Shown here piece after piece: positions 22,101-35,035 of a stretch of DNA of 64,000 nucleotides. A model generated the notes under the pieces. That model did no database searches. It was not told where the DNA came from and saw only the letters and a program-made list of their open reading frames with translations. Every line of letters begins with the position of its first letter. The first letter of the stretch is position 1. A program made the position numbers and the translations under genes. The stretch is from Camelus dromedarius (Eukaryota), in contig NC_087438.1 of NCBI RefSeq assembly GCF_036321535.1, positions 248,001-312,000 of the forward strand, in the 5' to 3' direction.

Positions 22101-25100
22101 TCCTAGGTGCTGGTCTGTCCTTGGAAACTTCTCTGACAGCTTCGTGTGGGTCACCACGTTCTGTCATGTGGGACTTCCTCACAAGGAAAGTTGAACTGCT
22201 TTCATGCTAGACACATTTTCAGGCTGAATTACAGTTCTTGGGCAAAAATAATCTAGATGGTCGATAGTTTTTTAGCATTTGCAGACGTTCATGCAGAATT
22301 TTCTCACTCAGGAGGACCTTAGATTTCTTATGGGTGGTGGACTAGCTGTTAGTACTTTCTTGTGGATAAGGCATGAGTTTTCTGAGCAGTCGGACCTTGG
22401 ACTTACAGGAACCCAGCCACACCCCTAGGTATTATATGTTTTTTATAAAAGTGTTTTTCTGAGGCTCGGTCCACATCTCCATCTCCCTAGGCATGAGATG
22501 CTCTTCCTTGCTGCCTCGTGTGTTGGCACGAACATCACATGCTCTCTGCTCCGGTCCTTGGGTCCTTGTCACCTTGCAGGGATCAGCAGTGCCAACCTTA
22601 GTGCTTGTCTGTTGTTCGCTGCTGTCCTGTCAGCCCCTCCCGTCTGCCAGGCCCCCGTCTCCCTGGAGGCGCCCCTGGGGGAGCAGACGCCTCGCCCCTG
22701 GCCGCCAGGCCTGCCTCCCCTCCCACCGCCTCGGGGGTGGCTGGGCATGTGCACGTCTGAAGTGGCAGCAGAGCGCGCTGTTGGCCTGCAGCAGGTCTGT
22801 CTCACCCCTGGTCTTCCCCATAGTGCGGAGATGATGGGCAACGCGGAGCTGGTCCCGGAGGTGGATGCCAGCAACCTGGAGCCTTTGCTTTCTCCGAACG
22901 TGGTCTCTGCGCTGCTGGACACGTACATGTCGACGCTGACTGTGAGTGGGAGGCGAGCGTCCCAGGCAGGCGGTGTCTGGTGCACAGACAGCCAGGGGGC
23001 AAGGGCAGGCGCCGGACCCTGTCTTGGCATTGACTTCCCAAGCACGTGAGGGCTGTTTCTGGAAAGTGGGTGCGGAGATGTGTGTTTGCCAGTGAGGTGA
23101 GGAGAGGAGAGTGGCCCTTCTCTGGCCCTGGATTTAGAAGCTGTCTGGGGCGTCCATCCTGCAAGTGGGAACCTCCTCTGGCTGGAGGATGAGTCTGCCG
23201 GTCTCAGTGCTGAGCCTGGGAGTGGGAGGAGGGTAGGCAAGGGATGGAATGCCGCCCGGTGACCTCCAGGTGGCCCCAGAGTAAGATGCCATGGTTGGGG
23301 TCTGCTCCTGGGACATGGTGAGCCTGACACCAGCCAGTGCTGACCGGGGCTCTGATGCAGTGCTGGGAAGCAGGGCAGCCCTGTGCTCCTGAGGTGACAG
23401 TGGTGGGTCTGGTCTCCAGGGATGGGCCTGCCTCCAGCATGACCGTCGTCCAAAGGGTTAAGTCGACAGAGGCTGGGGGGCACCGCCCAGTGGAGGTGGC
23501 TCGAGGGGTGGTCCCAACTGGTGTCCCCTTGCTTGGGGACAGAGCTTCCCTCTGCAGCTGCTCCACTGAAGAGCGGCCTACTGACTCCGAGGCCTGTTGT
23601 CTTCTCCCTTCCTGGCCCAGTCGAACATCATTGCCTGGCTGCGGAAGGCCCTGGAAACAGACCGGAAGGACTGGGTGAAGGAGACTGAACCCGAAGCTGA
23701 CCAGGACGGCTACTACCAGACCACACTCCCCGCCATCGTCTTCCAGGTGCGCCCGGCCTGGGCCACTCCTGCGCGGCCTGGGTTTGCGGGCTCACAACAC
23801 ACGAGCCTGCTTGTGCAGAGACGGCGAGAGCCTGCCGCTCTCCGGATTTGAGGACCCGGGGGCCGGGCTTGCCAGCGCTCCGCAGTCCCATGGTCGCTGT
23901 TGCTGTTTTTCTGATGTATTTGGTCTTAAACCAGAACCTAACTGTATGTTATGTGTGTGTGGTGCTCAGGTTTGAGTTTGCTTGTTTGTTTCTCGATGTA
24001 AATGCCCAGGATTTGTCTTCGTAAATGCTACCTAAGTGAGTAATCTGACGCATCTAGGGACGAGTCCTCTAGATTTCAGCCATCATTATGAGTGTGTTTT
24101 CGCAGCTGGCCTGCTTCTCGGTGCCCGGCACCTGCTGGTGTCCCCTGCTTTCCTTCCCCTCCTGGCCGCCCACCTTCCTCTGATAACAGTAGCTGGTGGT
24201 GGGTGGGCTGAGTCGACTTGGGATGGTCTCCTTCTGCTGACACGGCTTGGCTGCCCGCTGGGCTCTGGGTGATCCTGCTAGTCAGCGGCACACCGGGCTC
24301 CCCCTTCCCCTCATTCTGGGGTGAGCTCTGCCCTCTGGCCCTTCTCCATCTTACCACATCTGGCTCCCCTCAGCTCCTGTGAGTCCTAGTTCTTAGGAAA
24401 CCCACGTCACAAATGACTGCCCGGCCCCTGGTTCCCACGTGACCCCAGCCACCCCAGCCACCCCGATCCCCAGGCCCCTCGTCTCCTGGTGAGAACGCAC
24501 ACTGCCCCCTTTGTAGGCTAGCCGTTTGCAAGTGATGAGGAAATGATTCACTAGGTTTTACCCAGTGGGAAAGTTTTGTTTGTTTAACTAGCTTTATTGT
24601 TTTTCAAGTGGTTTCGTTTTTTTCTCTGAATTTGGATAATCTTAACTACCAGGCAGCAGATGGGGGCTTACATAATGGGAAACTTGCACTCTTGTGAGTT
24701 TGTATCAGAATTCATAAGTTCTCCAACTTTTAGATGTTTGAACAGAACCTTCAAGTCGCTTCTCAGATAAGTGAAGATTTGAAAACGAAGGTACTAGTTT
24801 TGTGTCTTCAGCAAATGAACTCTTTCTTAAGTAGGTATGTATTCTTGCCAGTGTGCTCATTTAGAGTGTGTGTGTGTGTGTGTTTTAATGAAAAGCAAAA
24901 ATTTGTATCAAAGAATTCAACCCTGGATTCCCTATAGATACCTCCTCTGTTACGTAGAATTTGAGCCTTTTCCTACTATCTTCCCTTTGAACTGATTCCA
25001 CATCCCCTGAGGTCCCAGTCATGCTTTTGGCGTGGGGGGGCGCTGCCGCAGTGCGGCGTCAGAGCCCCCTTCAGGCAGCGTCCCCGTGTCCTGGTTCCAC

Positions 25101-28100
25101 CGCCAGCAGAGCCCGCCCTCCACAGCAACACCTCCTCCCTCGGAATTGTTCCCAAGGAAGGTTTTCCAGTGTACACAAGCTTAGAAAGAAAGGCATAAAG
25201 AACTTACCCCATCATCTTGGTTCAAAAGCCATTCCCTTTGAAGCCACCTCGCCTCTCCTGGTTTCCCTCCCCTCACTCTGCGGAAGTACAGGTGACTTGA
25301 ATGATGGGTGGGACGCTGACCACCTGGGGCAGCGGGAATGCACGCTCACGGCCCTGCAGCCCTGCCATCAGGGTTCTGCACCCACACTCCACCCGCCTCA
25401 GGTGGCGCGGTGCTGTCGTGGGAACTGGCTGTGTGTGAGCGGACCCGCGCAGTTCACACCCACGCTGTTCCAGGGTTGGCTGTCCTTTAGAGCAAATCCC
25501 AGACTTTGTGGCCTTTCATCTGCTGTGCCACTGGCCCGTGTGAAACGTGCACAAGCCTTCTGGGGGCCCATCCGGCTGGAGGCCCATCCATCCGGGGGAC
25601 CCAGCCAAGTTTGTGTTGGGTTTTCCTGCTGATCTCGAGCCTGTCTGCTTATAGCTGTGTGCTCGGACCAGGCTGGCAGAGGCTCTGCCTCGTGGGGCAC
25701 AGTACAGCAGCCCCCCAGGCCCCTGGTTTGTGGGGACGCACAGGTCATCCTGCACAGCATCTCCTGGCCTGGCCCTCGAGGGGCTGTTTGCCCCCAACCA
25801 CAGGTTGGCTCTGAAGGCTGTGGGGCTCCTCTGTGCTTACTCACTGCTTTGCAAGGGCCTCACATTATGTCTGTCAGGGGACGCAAGTCCCTTGTCCCTC
25901 GTCCTGCTCTGGTGGCTCAGTGCTGACAGCAGGCCCCTCACCTAGAACCCTGTTGGCTGGCCATCCAGGGGGTCAGGGCCTGAACCCCCAAGCCTGTCCG
26001 TCTGTAATGGTCGTGGCCTGAGTTAGACACCTTGTTGGAAGAATGAGGTGGGATTTTTCCACAAAGGGGAAGTTTTCCTCATCAGCCTTAGTTGTTTGAT
26101 TACCTGAGCCCCACTTCGGACAGAAAGGTGGAAAAATGCTTTATCATGTCCCTTCAGTTGCCCATTTTCAGTTTGCTCTTTTCTTAAGATCTACTGAAAA
26201 TACACATGATGTGTTTTACTGTTCTTCTACCCCACGCATTTGAGAATCCCCATCATAAGTTCAAAACGAAATATGTGGGTATCTCAGTGGTTTGTGTTCT
26301 TGACTCCTTAAAGAATCTAAGTTATTTTTAATTTGATTTCTTCAGGGAAAGTTTCAGAAAAGGACATTTGTCTGACACTTGGTAGTGTTCCCAACACTGC
26401 TGTATGTGTTTCTAGATGAGTTATATGTCAGACAAAATAAAACTTTCCCAGTTACTTGCATGTATTTCAGAATGTTTCTATGATCAAAATATGAGCCACA
26501 TTTCAAAGCCTGATGTGAAATTAAATTTTAATCCATGTAAGATGATTAACTTCTCTGTTCTTCTGTTAGTGTAGTTTGCCTCCGCCCTACAAATGTTTTG
26601 TTTTTAAAGACTCATCTGGTCAGACATTAGTGATGCAGAATTCATCTGTCAGGCGTAATGTCTGCGTGGTGCCGCAGACCCTCGGGGTTCTTCTGTGCTC
26701 TGACGCGGGCTGTGTGTGTCCCCAGGTACCGGGAGGAGGCGCAGGTGTACAAGGAGGAGCACCTGAGGAACCGGCAGCACCCACACTGCTACGTTCAGTA
26801 CATGATCGCTGTCATTAACAACTGCCAGACCTTCAAGTGAGGGGCCTGGGGGCGCGCCAGGGCGGGGGCAGGGCCGGATCGAGGTCCCCTCACCCAGCCC
26901 TCACTGCTTCCTTGCAGAGAATCCGTAGTCAGTTTGAAGAGGAAGTATCTGAAAAGTGAGGGGGAAGCAAGTGTGTCCCTGAGCCAGCCGAGCATGGACG
27001 GGCTTCTGGACGCCATCGCCAAGGAGGGCTGTGGCAGCCTGCTGGAGGAGGTCTTCCTGGACCTGGAGGTGGGCGCTTTCTCCTCCCACCACAGGCGGCC
27101 TGAGCCGCGTGCACATTTGTCTGCGGCGGGGGTCAAGCCTGTGCTTCTCTGGGCCGTGGGTGCTGCGTGTGACGCAGGCCCGCATTGGGGGCCCGCTGGC
27201 GGGTAATTGGGTAGAGACATCTGGTAAAACTCAGAGACCGAGCTACTCGGTGGAATGCCAAGTAGAAACAAGGCTGATTGTGCTCATTAGCAAATCCTCG
27301 ATAGAAGAGCCATACTGGGAGCACGTGCCGGCCGCACACACTTCACAAGGCTGGGCTGGGTTTTGAGCCAAGGTGCAGAACACTGTCTGACCAAGTGCGC
27401 TCAGATCATGTCAAAGGCACAACACAGGATGAACAAGTAAGTGTACTTCAGAAATACAGGAATGGCTCGGCATTGTCTAGAATTGGTGGAAACCAGAATA
27501 TACTTTAAAAATAGAACCATGATCATCTTGGGTCCTGCTGGGTAGGAACTCTTGGGGTGACTGGTGGGATAATTCTGTCATGTCTGTAATTTTCTCGAAA
27601 GTGGTTTAGAAAACAGATGACATGTACGCATTTGAAATTACTTCACAGTATTAGAAAAGACAACATGAAAGGGAAATAGACAAAAGACACAGAGAACTAT
27701 TTCACAAAGATTATAAACGTCCTAAAATGAAACAAAACAGTCTTACGTGTCCTCTTCAGAGAAATGCAGATCAAACTGAATATTCCTGTTGCTTAGCAAG
27801 ACAGCAGGGATTAGGAACATTGCTACCATGTGGTGTTGAGGGCACGAGAAGAGAGACTCGTATTCGCTATAGAACTGTGAATCGGTACAGTGTTTGGAGA
27901 CAGTTTGGAAACCATTATTGAGGTTTTAGCTGCATACTTTCTGACTGAGCAGTTCCACTTTTAGGAATTTCACCTAAAGGTAGATTCACTGCAGCATTTT
28001 TTGTAATTGCAGAATGTGAGAAATTTTAACTGTCTGTCAGAGTTGGTCAGTAACAGAGCATCCACATAATAAATGGATGTAGTCAGTTAAGATAAAATGT

Positions 28101-31100
28101 GTATGCACCAATACCTACACTGAGTGTAGCGTAAATCTCATGTAGTTAAAGTGTGTATTTGCAGAGTGTTACAGGAGTATTGCTGTCACAGTCGGAAGGA
28201 ACGTCAGGCAGACGCAGGAAGGTGGGCCCTGTGTGCCTCCCTCCCGATGACTCAGTCACGTGGGGACAGTGTCCAGGGGTGTTTTCTGTGGTCTGTGCTT
28301 TCAGCAACATCTCAGTGAGCTGATGACGAAGAAGTGGCTGTTAGGCTCGAACGCCGTGGACATCATCTGTGTCACCGTGGAAGACTATTTCAATGATTTT
28401 GCCAAAATTAAAAAGCCTTATAAAAAGGTAAGAATGTGGGCACAGTCGTGTGGAGTCCAGCTGGCATCTTGTGTAGAGTTCAGTGTCACTAGTTCTTTGA
28501 AGTTCATGGGTGGTTTTATTAACCCAAGGCAGGTCAGAGAGGTCCGTGCCTGAAGATGAGAGAGAGGTGGAGGTGACAGGGCATCTAATAACCTCGCTGC
28601 CCCCGACACCCCACTAAAGCCCACACTGACCTGGCTGCAGCCCCAGGATCCTGTGGGTGGTAAGGACCCTCCAAAGGAGGGTGGGGGCAGCGGCCGTGGC
28701 TCGGATCAGAGGCCTCTCCATGACCCTGCTCAGCCTACAACGAGGCTGCCGGCCTTTCTCCACCCGGCAGAGGCCTGGGAGCTCCTACCAGGCACAGGGG
28801 ACACCCGGGGACCATGTGTGGAAGCCGCCTTGGCTGCCTGTCTCCCAAGGTCCTGTTCCCGGCCCATGCTTAGATGGCTTTTCCTGGGGTGTTGGGGGTG
28901 TTCTCAGAGCCATGTGTAATTCTGCTGTCTTTGCTTTAAAGTCAGGCTTTCTGTCTGATGCTGGTTTATGGAAGTGAGTGGTTTTGGTATATGGAGAACT
29001 TTGTGAAACTTTCTCGCTGCCCCAGGACGTGTCTCCAGACCCCTTCAGTTCCCCCGTGGACAGTGGTTTCATCCTCTGGTTCTTACATGCCCGTGTGTGC
29101 TCTTCATCCTGCAGCCCTGGCTTTGTCTGACTTTGACTCGTAATCTTAAAGGAGATTCCTCCAGCCCATCCCCCGGTGGTCCCTGTACAACTGTCAGGGA
29201 ACCTTTGGTGGTTTAGAGGTCGGTGGGGCCAGCTCTGGTCAGTTTTGAACTTCCTGTTGCTTGTACAGCTTTTGGTTCCACCTTTTATTTTTAGATACTG
29301 TGGACTGGGATTTAGTAGTTGGTGTCTGATGTGCCTCTGTGTGTCATCCTTGGGCTTGGGCTTGTGGGCTCAGCCAGCCCCCAGCCTGGGCGGCTGCCTT
29401 GGCACACACGGCCCTTCGCCTGGCTCAGCTACAGGTCCCTGTAGCTGCTGGGTGCCGTCTCCCCTTGTCTCGCGTAGAATGCCCCAACTCAGTGCGGGGA
29501 GCAGAACCTCTCAGCCTCCCCGCAGACCCGACTCCTGGGCTCTGGGCTCCAGTGCCTCATGTCACATCCTCATAGCTGTGCTGGCATGTTTGGGGTGACT
29601 GCCCAGGTCCATCTTCCATTAAGGGTGGGCTCCCCAGAGGAGCGTGGTCTTCTCTGAAGCTGACCTCCACACGTGGGCTCAGGATTCATCTTCCCTGAAG
29701 CTCCTGTCCCACCACATCCAGAGGCTGGCAGCTGGTCAGCCTTCCATGCACGAGGTGCAGTGTGTGCTTCCTGCGCATTAGGCCTGTGCGCCCTTCCACG
29801 TGTGAGGGGCAGAGCGGGGGCCTGGCCCAGGTCCCGACTTCTCCCACTGAACCCACACTCCGTCCTGGGGGTAGGAAGCTCAGAGACGCGTACAGGACGG
29901 CAGAGCGAGGAGGAGTAGACCCGAATTCCTCCGGGCGGCCCGTGAGCACCTGGACGGGTCTCTGCAAAGCAGGTGCCGTGCCAGCGCCCACTCCTCACAT
30001 GTGGCGGGAAGCCGTCCCGCAGTGAGTCTGAGGGTGACGCGTTGGTGAGGCTGCCAGCCGGCGTCCTTCTGGGAGCGTGATCCTGCTGGCTTTCTGGAAC
30101 GGACACACACATCTCCGCGTGAAGCAGGACCAGTGGGCACCACCCTGTGAGGCTCGTGGCCAGCCAGTGCGTTTGCCTGTGTTGCAGTCACAACCATTTC
30201 CACCTTCCTTTCAGCATTTACTTTACGGAAATACAGTGAATGCTGCTGGGATTTTCTAAAACGGCGATCATAATAAAATCACAGACGTGCTTGTTTTGCT
30301 TGATTTGTTCACTCTGTCCCGTGTGTCGATGACAAGCAGGAAGGACACGCTGCCTGGTCACGTTGGCTTCTGCCTGACTTAGTGCCCAAGTCTGACCGTG
30401 TGTTTGCCCCTCAGAGGATGATCGCCGAGGCGCACCGGCGTGTGGTGGTGGAGTACCTGCGGGCCGTCATGCAAAAGCGCATCTCATTCCGGAGCGCTGA
30501 CGAGCGCAAGGAGGGTGCCGAGAGGATGGTCCGCGAGGCCGAGCAGCTGCGCTTCCTGTTCCGGAAGCTGGCGTCTGTGAGTGCCGCCCGCCCGCTGCCC
30601 ATCTCAGGCCCTGGCCAAGTCAGGGCAGTCCCGCCGCCTGTCGGTTTCCATCCTTAGGACCTTTTGGGCCAGTCAGTCAGGATCAGTCACGTCAGGAACC
30701 AGCTCACCTGTTGGTTTCTTCTTCTGTAAACTGACCCTGTGTTTGAGGGCCAGGCACTGGGGACGGCGGCTCATGAGAGGTGCCTGGCACATCCTGAGCT
30801 GCGGGGCTGACTGCAGGGCCCAGTCACAGGCCAGGGTGCTCCCACCCATCTCCCCACCCCATCTCTGCTGGGTCCTCCTGCGAGTGCATCCTGAGGTGTT
30901 TCCCTGAAAGAGGTGGGTGCCAGGCTTGCCGGCTAGGTGGCCTCGGCCGGAGAGGGTGTGACAGAGACTTGGGCATGTGTTGTGCTGAGCATGTCCATGC
31001 CCTGTCTTGCAGGGGTCTGGGGAGGATGTGGATGGGTACTGTGACACCATCATCGCCGTTGCAGAAGTCATCAAGCTCACGGACCCTTCTCTGCTCTACT

Positions 31101-31973
31101 TGGAGGTCTCAACTCTGGTCAGCAAGTACCCAGATATCAGGTATGGTGGGGCCCTTTCCGAGATCATGGGGAGGAGGGAGAGCCTCAGGCAGTAGGTGTG
31201 AGCCTGGTGGGGTGAGTGTGGCATGTCTGGGCTCCTGCAGGGACCAGCGTGCAGATGCATTGTGGGTGGAGTGGGCCTGGGACACAGTAATGGTGCAGCT
31301 GAGCCGAGGTTCTCACACCTCCTGGTGTCGGACGGAGCCAGCGTCACCGGGCTAGTGCACTGGGGGGAAGCCAGCAGAGCAGAGTGGTTTCGGGAGGCTC
31401 ACCTTGTGCTGCGCTTGAGGTGGATTCAGAGATGGAAGCCAGGGCCCCTCCGTGTCGGGGGTAAGGAGGGAAGGGCTGTAGGCTTGCTGGCTCCCCACTG
31501 CCTCAGCCGGCCCTCTCTCTCTGCCATTGCTCTGGGCTCGTGTTAGTGGAGAGAACTGGTGGCTGTGTGCCTTCCAGGTCCTCCCGCCCTAACTAGGCCA
31601 TCCATTCAGCAAACATTCAGAGAAGCAACGCTAAAAACCTGTGCAGTTGTAGACTGAAAGAAAGACCAGGGTAAGATGGAAACTCAGTCTTTAGTGCCCC
31701 TGGTGTGACAGGGGAGACGCCTTTTCTGGAGCCCTCGGTGGGGGACTAGAGTCAGCTTGGGCTGAGAGGCTGCAGGTGCACCCCTGACGGCCCTTCCCCA
31801 GGGACGAACACATCGGTGCCCTGCTGGCCATGCGTGGGGACGCCAGCCGGGACATGAAGCAGACCATCATCGAGACGCTGGAGCAGGGCCCGGCCCAGGC
31901 GAGCACAGACTACGTGCCCATCTTCAAGGACATCGTGGTTCCCAGCCTGAATGTGGCCAAGCTCCTCAAGTAG
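15974..31973 (+). CDS. EXOC3: Exocyst complex component 3 (Sec6), complete, 745 aa; join(15974..16117,17689..17908,20451..21132,22824..22941,23621..23746,24734..24834,26726..26836,26918..27068,28305..28427,30415..30576,31013..31140,31802..31973)
   Basis: [34 protein letters not shown]...[11 protein letters not shown]; exon lengths sum to 2238 nt; all junctions GT-AG and phase-consistent. Confidence 0.98.
17689..17908 (+). CDS. EXOC3: EXOC3 exon 3 ([13 protein letters not shown]...LKNIFS)
   Basis: ccctag|GCT...TCAG|gtagtg; 220 nt. Confidence 0.95.
19240..20400 (-). mobile_element. Old L1 5' region / ORF1 fragment (antisense, EXOC3 intron 3)
   Basis: The minus-strand peptide [22 protein letters not shown] is the L1 ORF1p coiled-coil signature; T-rich on +. 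Confidence 0.7.
20105..20146 (+). repeat. 21-bp tandem duplication TTGCCAACCTTGGCCCCCTTA x2
   Basis: Directly visible. Confidence 0.85.
20451..21132 (+). CDS. EXOC3: EXOC3 exon 4 (VPEIVRET...WVLNTYT)
   Basis: ccctag|TG...AG|gtaact; 682 nt. Confidence 0.96.
22824..22941 (+). CDS. EXOC3: EXOC3 exon 5 (AEMMGNAEL...YMSTLT)
   Basis: ccatag|T...ACT|gtgagt; 118 nt. Confidence 0.95.
23621..23746 (+). CDS. EXOC3: EXOC3 exon 6 (SNIIAWLRK...PAIVFQ)
   Basis: gcccag|TCG...CAG|gtgcgc; 126 nt. Confidence 0.95.
24734..24834 (+). CDS. EXOC3: EXOC3 exon 7 (MFEQNLQV...NSFLS)
   Basis: ttttag|ATG...AG|gtatgt; 101 nt. Confidence 0.95.
24866..24883. repeat. (GT)n microsatellite
   Basis: Directly visible. Confidence 0.85.
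26726..26836 (+). CDS. EXOC3: EXOC3 exon 8 (YREEAQVY...NNCQTFK)
   Basis: ccccag|G...AA|gtgagg; 111 nt. Confidence 0.95.
26918..27068 (+). CDS. EXOC3: EXOC3 exon 9 ([10 protein letters not shown]...VFLDLE)
   Basis: ttgcag|A...GAG|gtgggc; 151 nt; preceded by an 81-nt intron. Confidence 0.95.
27380..28150 (+). mobile_element. Old L1 (L1ME-like) ORF2 3' fragment
   Basis: A-rich; gacaaaagacacagagaactatttcacaaaga, tttggagacagtttgg and gcagttccacttttaggaattt match L1 ORF2 3' phrases. Confidence 0.65.
28305..28427 (+). CDS. EXOC3: EXOC3 exon 10 ([11 protein letters not shown]...KKPYKK)
   Basis: tttcag|CAA...AAG|gtaaga; 123 nt. Confidence 0.95.
30415..30576 (+). CDS. EXOC3: EXOC3 exon 11 (RMIAEAHRR...FRKLAS)
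   Basis: cctcag|AGG...TCT|gtgagt; 162 nt. Confidence 0.95.
31013..31140 (+). CDS. EXOC3: EXOC3 exon 12 ([10 protein letters not shown]...SKYPDI)
   Basis: ttgcag|GGG...CAG|gtatgg; 128 nt. Confidence 0.95.
31802..31973 (+). CDS. EXOC3: EXOC3 exon 13 coding part (DEHIGALL...VAKLLK*)
   Basis: ccccag|G GAC...AAG TAG; 172 nt. Confidence 0.95.
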
Positions 31974-32080
31974 CCAGTCCTGACCCACCTTGGGTGTCGT
32001 CCGGGGCAGCCCAGTGAGCAGGGCTCGGGGTGGAATGCCCTCCTCACCTCTGCACTGTGCACACACGTCCGAAACTGCTC

Positions 32081-32086
32081 AATAAA
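32081..32086 (+). terminator. EXOC3 polyadenylation signal AATAAA
   Basis: Canonical hexamer 108 nt after the stop, followed by a U/GU-rich stretch. Confidence 0.8.
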
Positions 32087-33185
32087 GAGTAAACTGCAGG
32101 GAAACAAGGATGTCTCATTTTAGGGCTTCTTCTTGGCCATGGTTCTGTGACACCCAGAAGCTGCTTTAGGTTGTCAAGACGCATGACCTCTGCCAGGGCC
32201 CCGCCTGGGGCCCCCACGTGCCCCTAGAGTTGCAGCCTCTCTTCTGCCCCCCTTGCCCTCTGGGGTCGGCTGGGGTCTGGCGGCCCCCCCGACTCCACGG
32301 GGCAGACCTGGCATGGGCGGTGTGGCGGGTGACCCTTGAGCGCCAGGCCTGTGAAAGCGGACATGGATGCAGACGTTTGGTGCGTGTTTCAGGTTCTGCG
32401 AGCTGCTGTTCCTGACAGTCCCTGAGCCTCCTTTTCTGTCCCTACACAGCCTCTGCCTCATTTTTCAAATCAGTCGTTACTTTTACACTAAGTTAATTGC
32501 AAGGCTGCTTCTGGAGTAAATGTGAGCCCTCCTGGCTCCGGCTGGACAGCTTTGCTCCGCCGGGCTGGGCCTGGGTTGGTGCACGTTGACGGCTCTGGCT
32601 GAGGGGTGGAGGAGCTCGCCCCGCTGCTCCTCCGGCAGGTGCCCTGCATCCTGGTTTCAGGAGGGAGAGGCGTCCGTGGTGGACGTGCCGTGTCCTGCCT
32701 TCCCCTGTGGGATGTGTGTGCGGTGTTGATGCTGGGTGAATGCTGTGCTCTTATTTCACCCTCAGTAGTTGTGAACATTTCCCAGGCAGGACTTCCTGCC
32801 TCCTCCACCGGCCTTGTCTTGAGCCTGCAGAGGTCCGTGCCTTTCCTCCCAGGCTCTAGACCCCGCTGTCTTGGCCCACTTTTTTTCAGCCCCGGGCCCA
32901 CCTGCTTTGGGCCACTCGGGTGTGGCAGGAGCTTGATCCTCCCACTCTGGCTGGGTGGGGCCTGCCCCTGTGTGCAGTGAATGGTGTGTGTCCACTGCCT
33001 CTACTGGGGAGGGACCAGTTCCCTCTTTGTGCAGTCAAGGGGCTGTCACGCGTGCGTGCGCGCACATCCAAGGCAATCTCAGCGCCAGGATGCTGTCTGC
33101 ATGCAGGAGATGGCTCCTTAAATCCTCCTTGATATGATTTCTCACTTAGAAACAAAGTTTTCACCCCAAAATGCCTTAAAACATT

Positions 33186-33191
33186 TTTAAT
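33186..33191 (-). terminator. Probable SLC9A3 polyadenylation signal ATTAAA
   Basis: Minus strand GATAAAGCCTATTAAAAATG followed by U/GU-rich sequence, at the distal edge of an AU-rich UTR-like block. Confidence 0.55.
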
Positions 33192-34939
33192 AGGCTTTAT
33201 CAAGCAGTCCTTGTAGGGTCTGTGGTGGCCCCCTGCCCGGACACTGCCAATAGCAAGTGGGGCAGCTCTTTAAGGCACGTTGATTGTGATTAGGGTTACA
33301 CAGTCTGACTAGATTACATTCACAGAATTAGCATCCACAATTTTCACCCCTCCTAACTTGAAATACATTTCAGTGAAGTTCCTCAAGTCTCCTTTCACAA
33401 TAGAAGACCAACAGCACAGTTATGTGAGCACTGTTACAAAATTATTTTCAAGAAAATACGGACGTGAGAAATGACTCCTAAATTTGTGTCTACCACAAAG
33501 TAGGCCAAAGTTCAGTATTAAATAAATAGGAATTCTTTCCTAATAAAAGAATTGATAATGGTTTTCCTAAGGAAATACATTCATAAGACTTTGTTTACAT
33601 TGTTTTACAACGCCATGAAACGTATCCACAGCACTAGGGTTTATAACACTGTCACCAGACCAGTCTCAAGCCGAAATGGCCTGGAACCTCCGTTCAGGTA
33701 TCTGTACTTCGCTGTACAGGTCAACAAACAGGAAACCTGCCCACCCACCACAGAGGACACCGGCCACAGAACTGGCCCAGGAGAGGTTTGTCACCTGGCG
33801 GTTTAGTATCTGCAGCGTCCAGGAACCGCCCCGAAGCCGCTTTCCCCAGCTCAGCCTCCGGCCCTGCAGCGGTGAATCAGCCAGCGGTCCAGGGAGTTGT
33901 TAAGGCAGCTGGAGGTGCTGGACCAGCCAGGCTGTGGACTCTGGACGACCCACTCCCGCCGAGTGTAGGCAGAGCTTGTACTTTCCTCCAGGTTTTGTTG
34001 GGCAGACAATGGCTGGATTTTGTGCTCACGGGGTTGCTCAAAGTGGATGTGAGTGTGGGGAACAAGCCCTGGAAAGCACATGTCCCTCCTGTAGTGTGAC
34101 GACCGGGCCAGTGGTTCCAGGAGAGAGCAGATGCGCCATCAGCCTACAGAGCTGACTGGGTGAACACTGCGCCTTCCCTGCTGTCTAGTGTTTTTCTCAA
34201 CAGCAAAGTGTAAACTTCCCATAAGAGATCGATGTGCAGCTCTGAAACCACAAACTGCTTGTAATCCTCGCCTGTGACGCAGTGAGAACGCACATCGTGG
34301 GAACGTGGTCTCAGCACAGCATGGACGGTTCCCTGAGCAGGACTGAGCCTGGCTTTAGAGATGCTTCTACGAGTCCACTGTCCCTTTACTGCCCCACAAG
34401 CCCTCGTCTGAGGAGGTGAGGGCCACCTCCCTGACTCACTGCACAGTGCCTTACCTCCCCCCTCCAGAGGACTGGGGGCTCTGTCCAAGTCCCCGTGGCC
34501 CCCCAGCAGTGGTGAGATGCCTGAGCAACCATCCGGCCCGGGTCCATTGAAAGACCTGCTGAGATTCTAAACAAGACTGCTGAGCAGAGGCCTCACCCAC
34601 TCTGCTGGGGCTGTGTGGGCACACCCATGCAGCTGGCACAACCCCCTACCCATCCTGGGCCATCTGCCAGTGTCAGGTAGGACCACTCAGGCCAGATACC
34701 AGGTGTCTGGGGACAGGACAGCACCCAATGCCCAGAGGTCACCACACCAAGACTAGGGTGTGCAGGACAAGCCCTGGGGCTGGGCATCTCAGCACAAAAA
34801 GGATGCTCAAACAGGATGTTCCTGCAGTTGCACCTGTAGCCCATGTGACAGGTGGCTGAAAGACCTGGTGAGTGGACATGAAGATACCCCACACCCCGCC
34901 CTATGGGGGGGGCTGTTGCCCTCCCTGGGTGCTTGGAGA

Positions 34940-35035
34940 GAGGCCAGCCTTGGTCTGGAATCCTGGGTTGGTATCACACTAGGTAAATCTCATTTTGTTT
35001 GGATCTCAGTTTCCCCAGCACTGCTGATGAAAATG
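34940..35035 (+). mobile_element. MIR remnant
   Basis: ctggaatcctgg...ggtaaatctcatt...tctcagtttcccca resembles the MIR core. Confidence 0.4.

Noticed and set aside
22569..23483. 304-aa minus-strand ORF
   Set aside because: Antisense to EXOC3 exon 5 and GC-rich intron; no homology evident.
24532..24629. Possible C/D-box snoRNA (GTGATGA...CTGA about 100 nt upstream of EXOC3 exon 7)
   Set aside because: No convincing terminal stem or recognisable guide; likely chance motifs. snoscan or Rfam would settle it.
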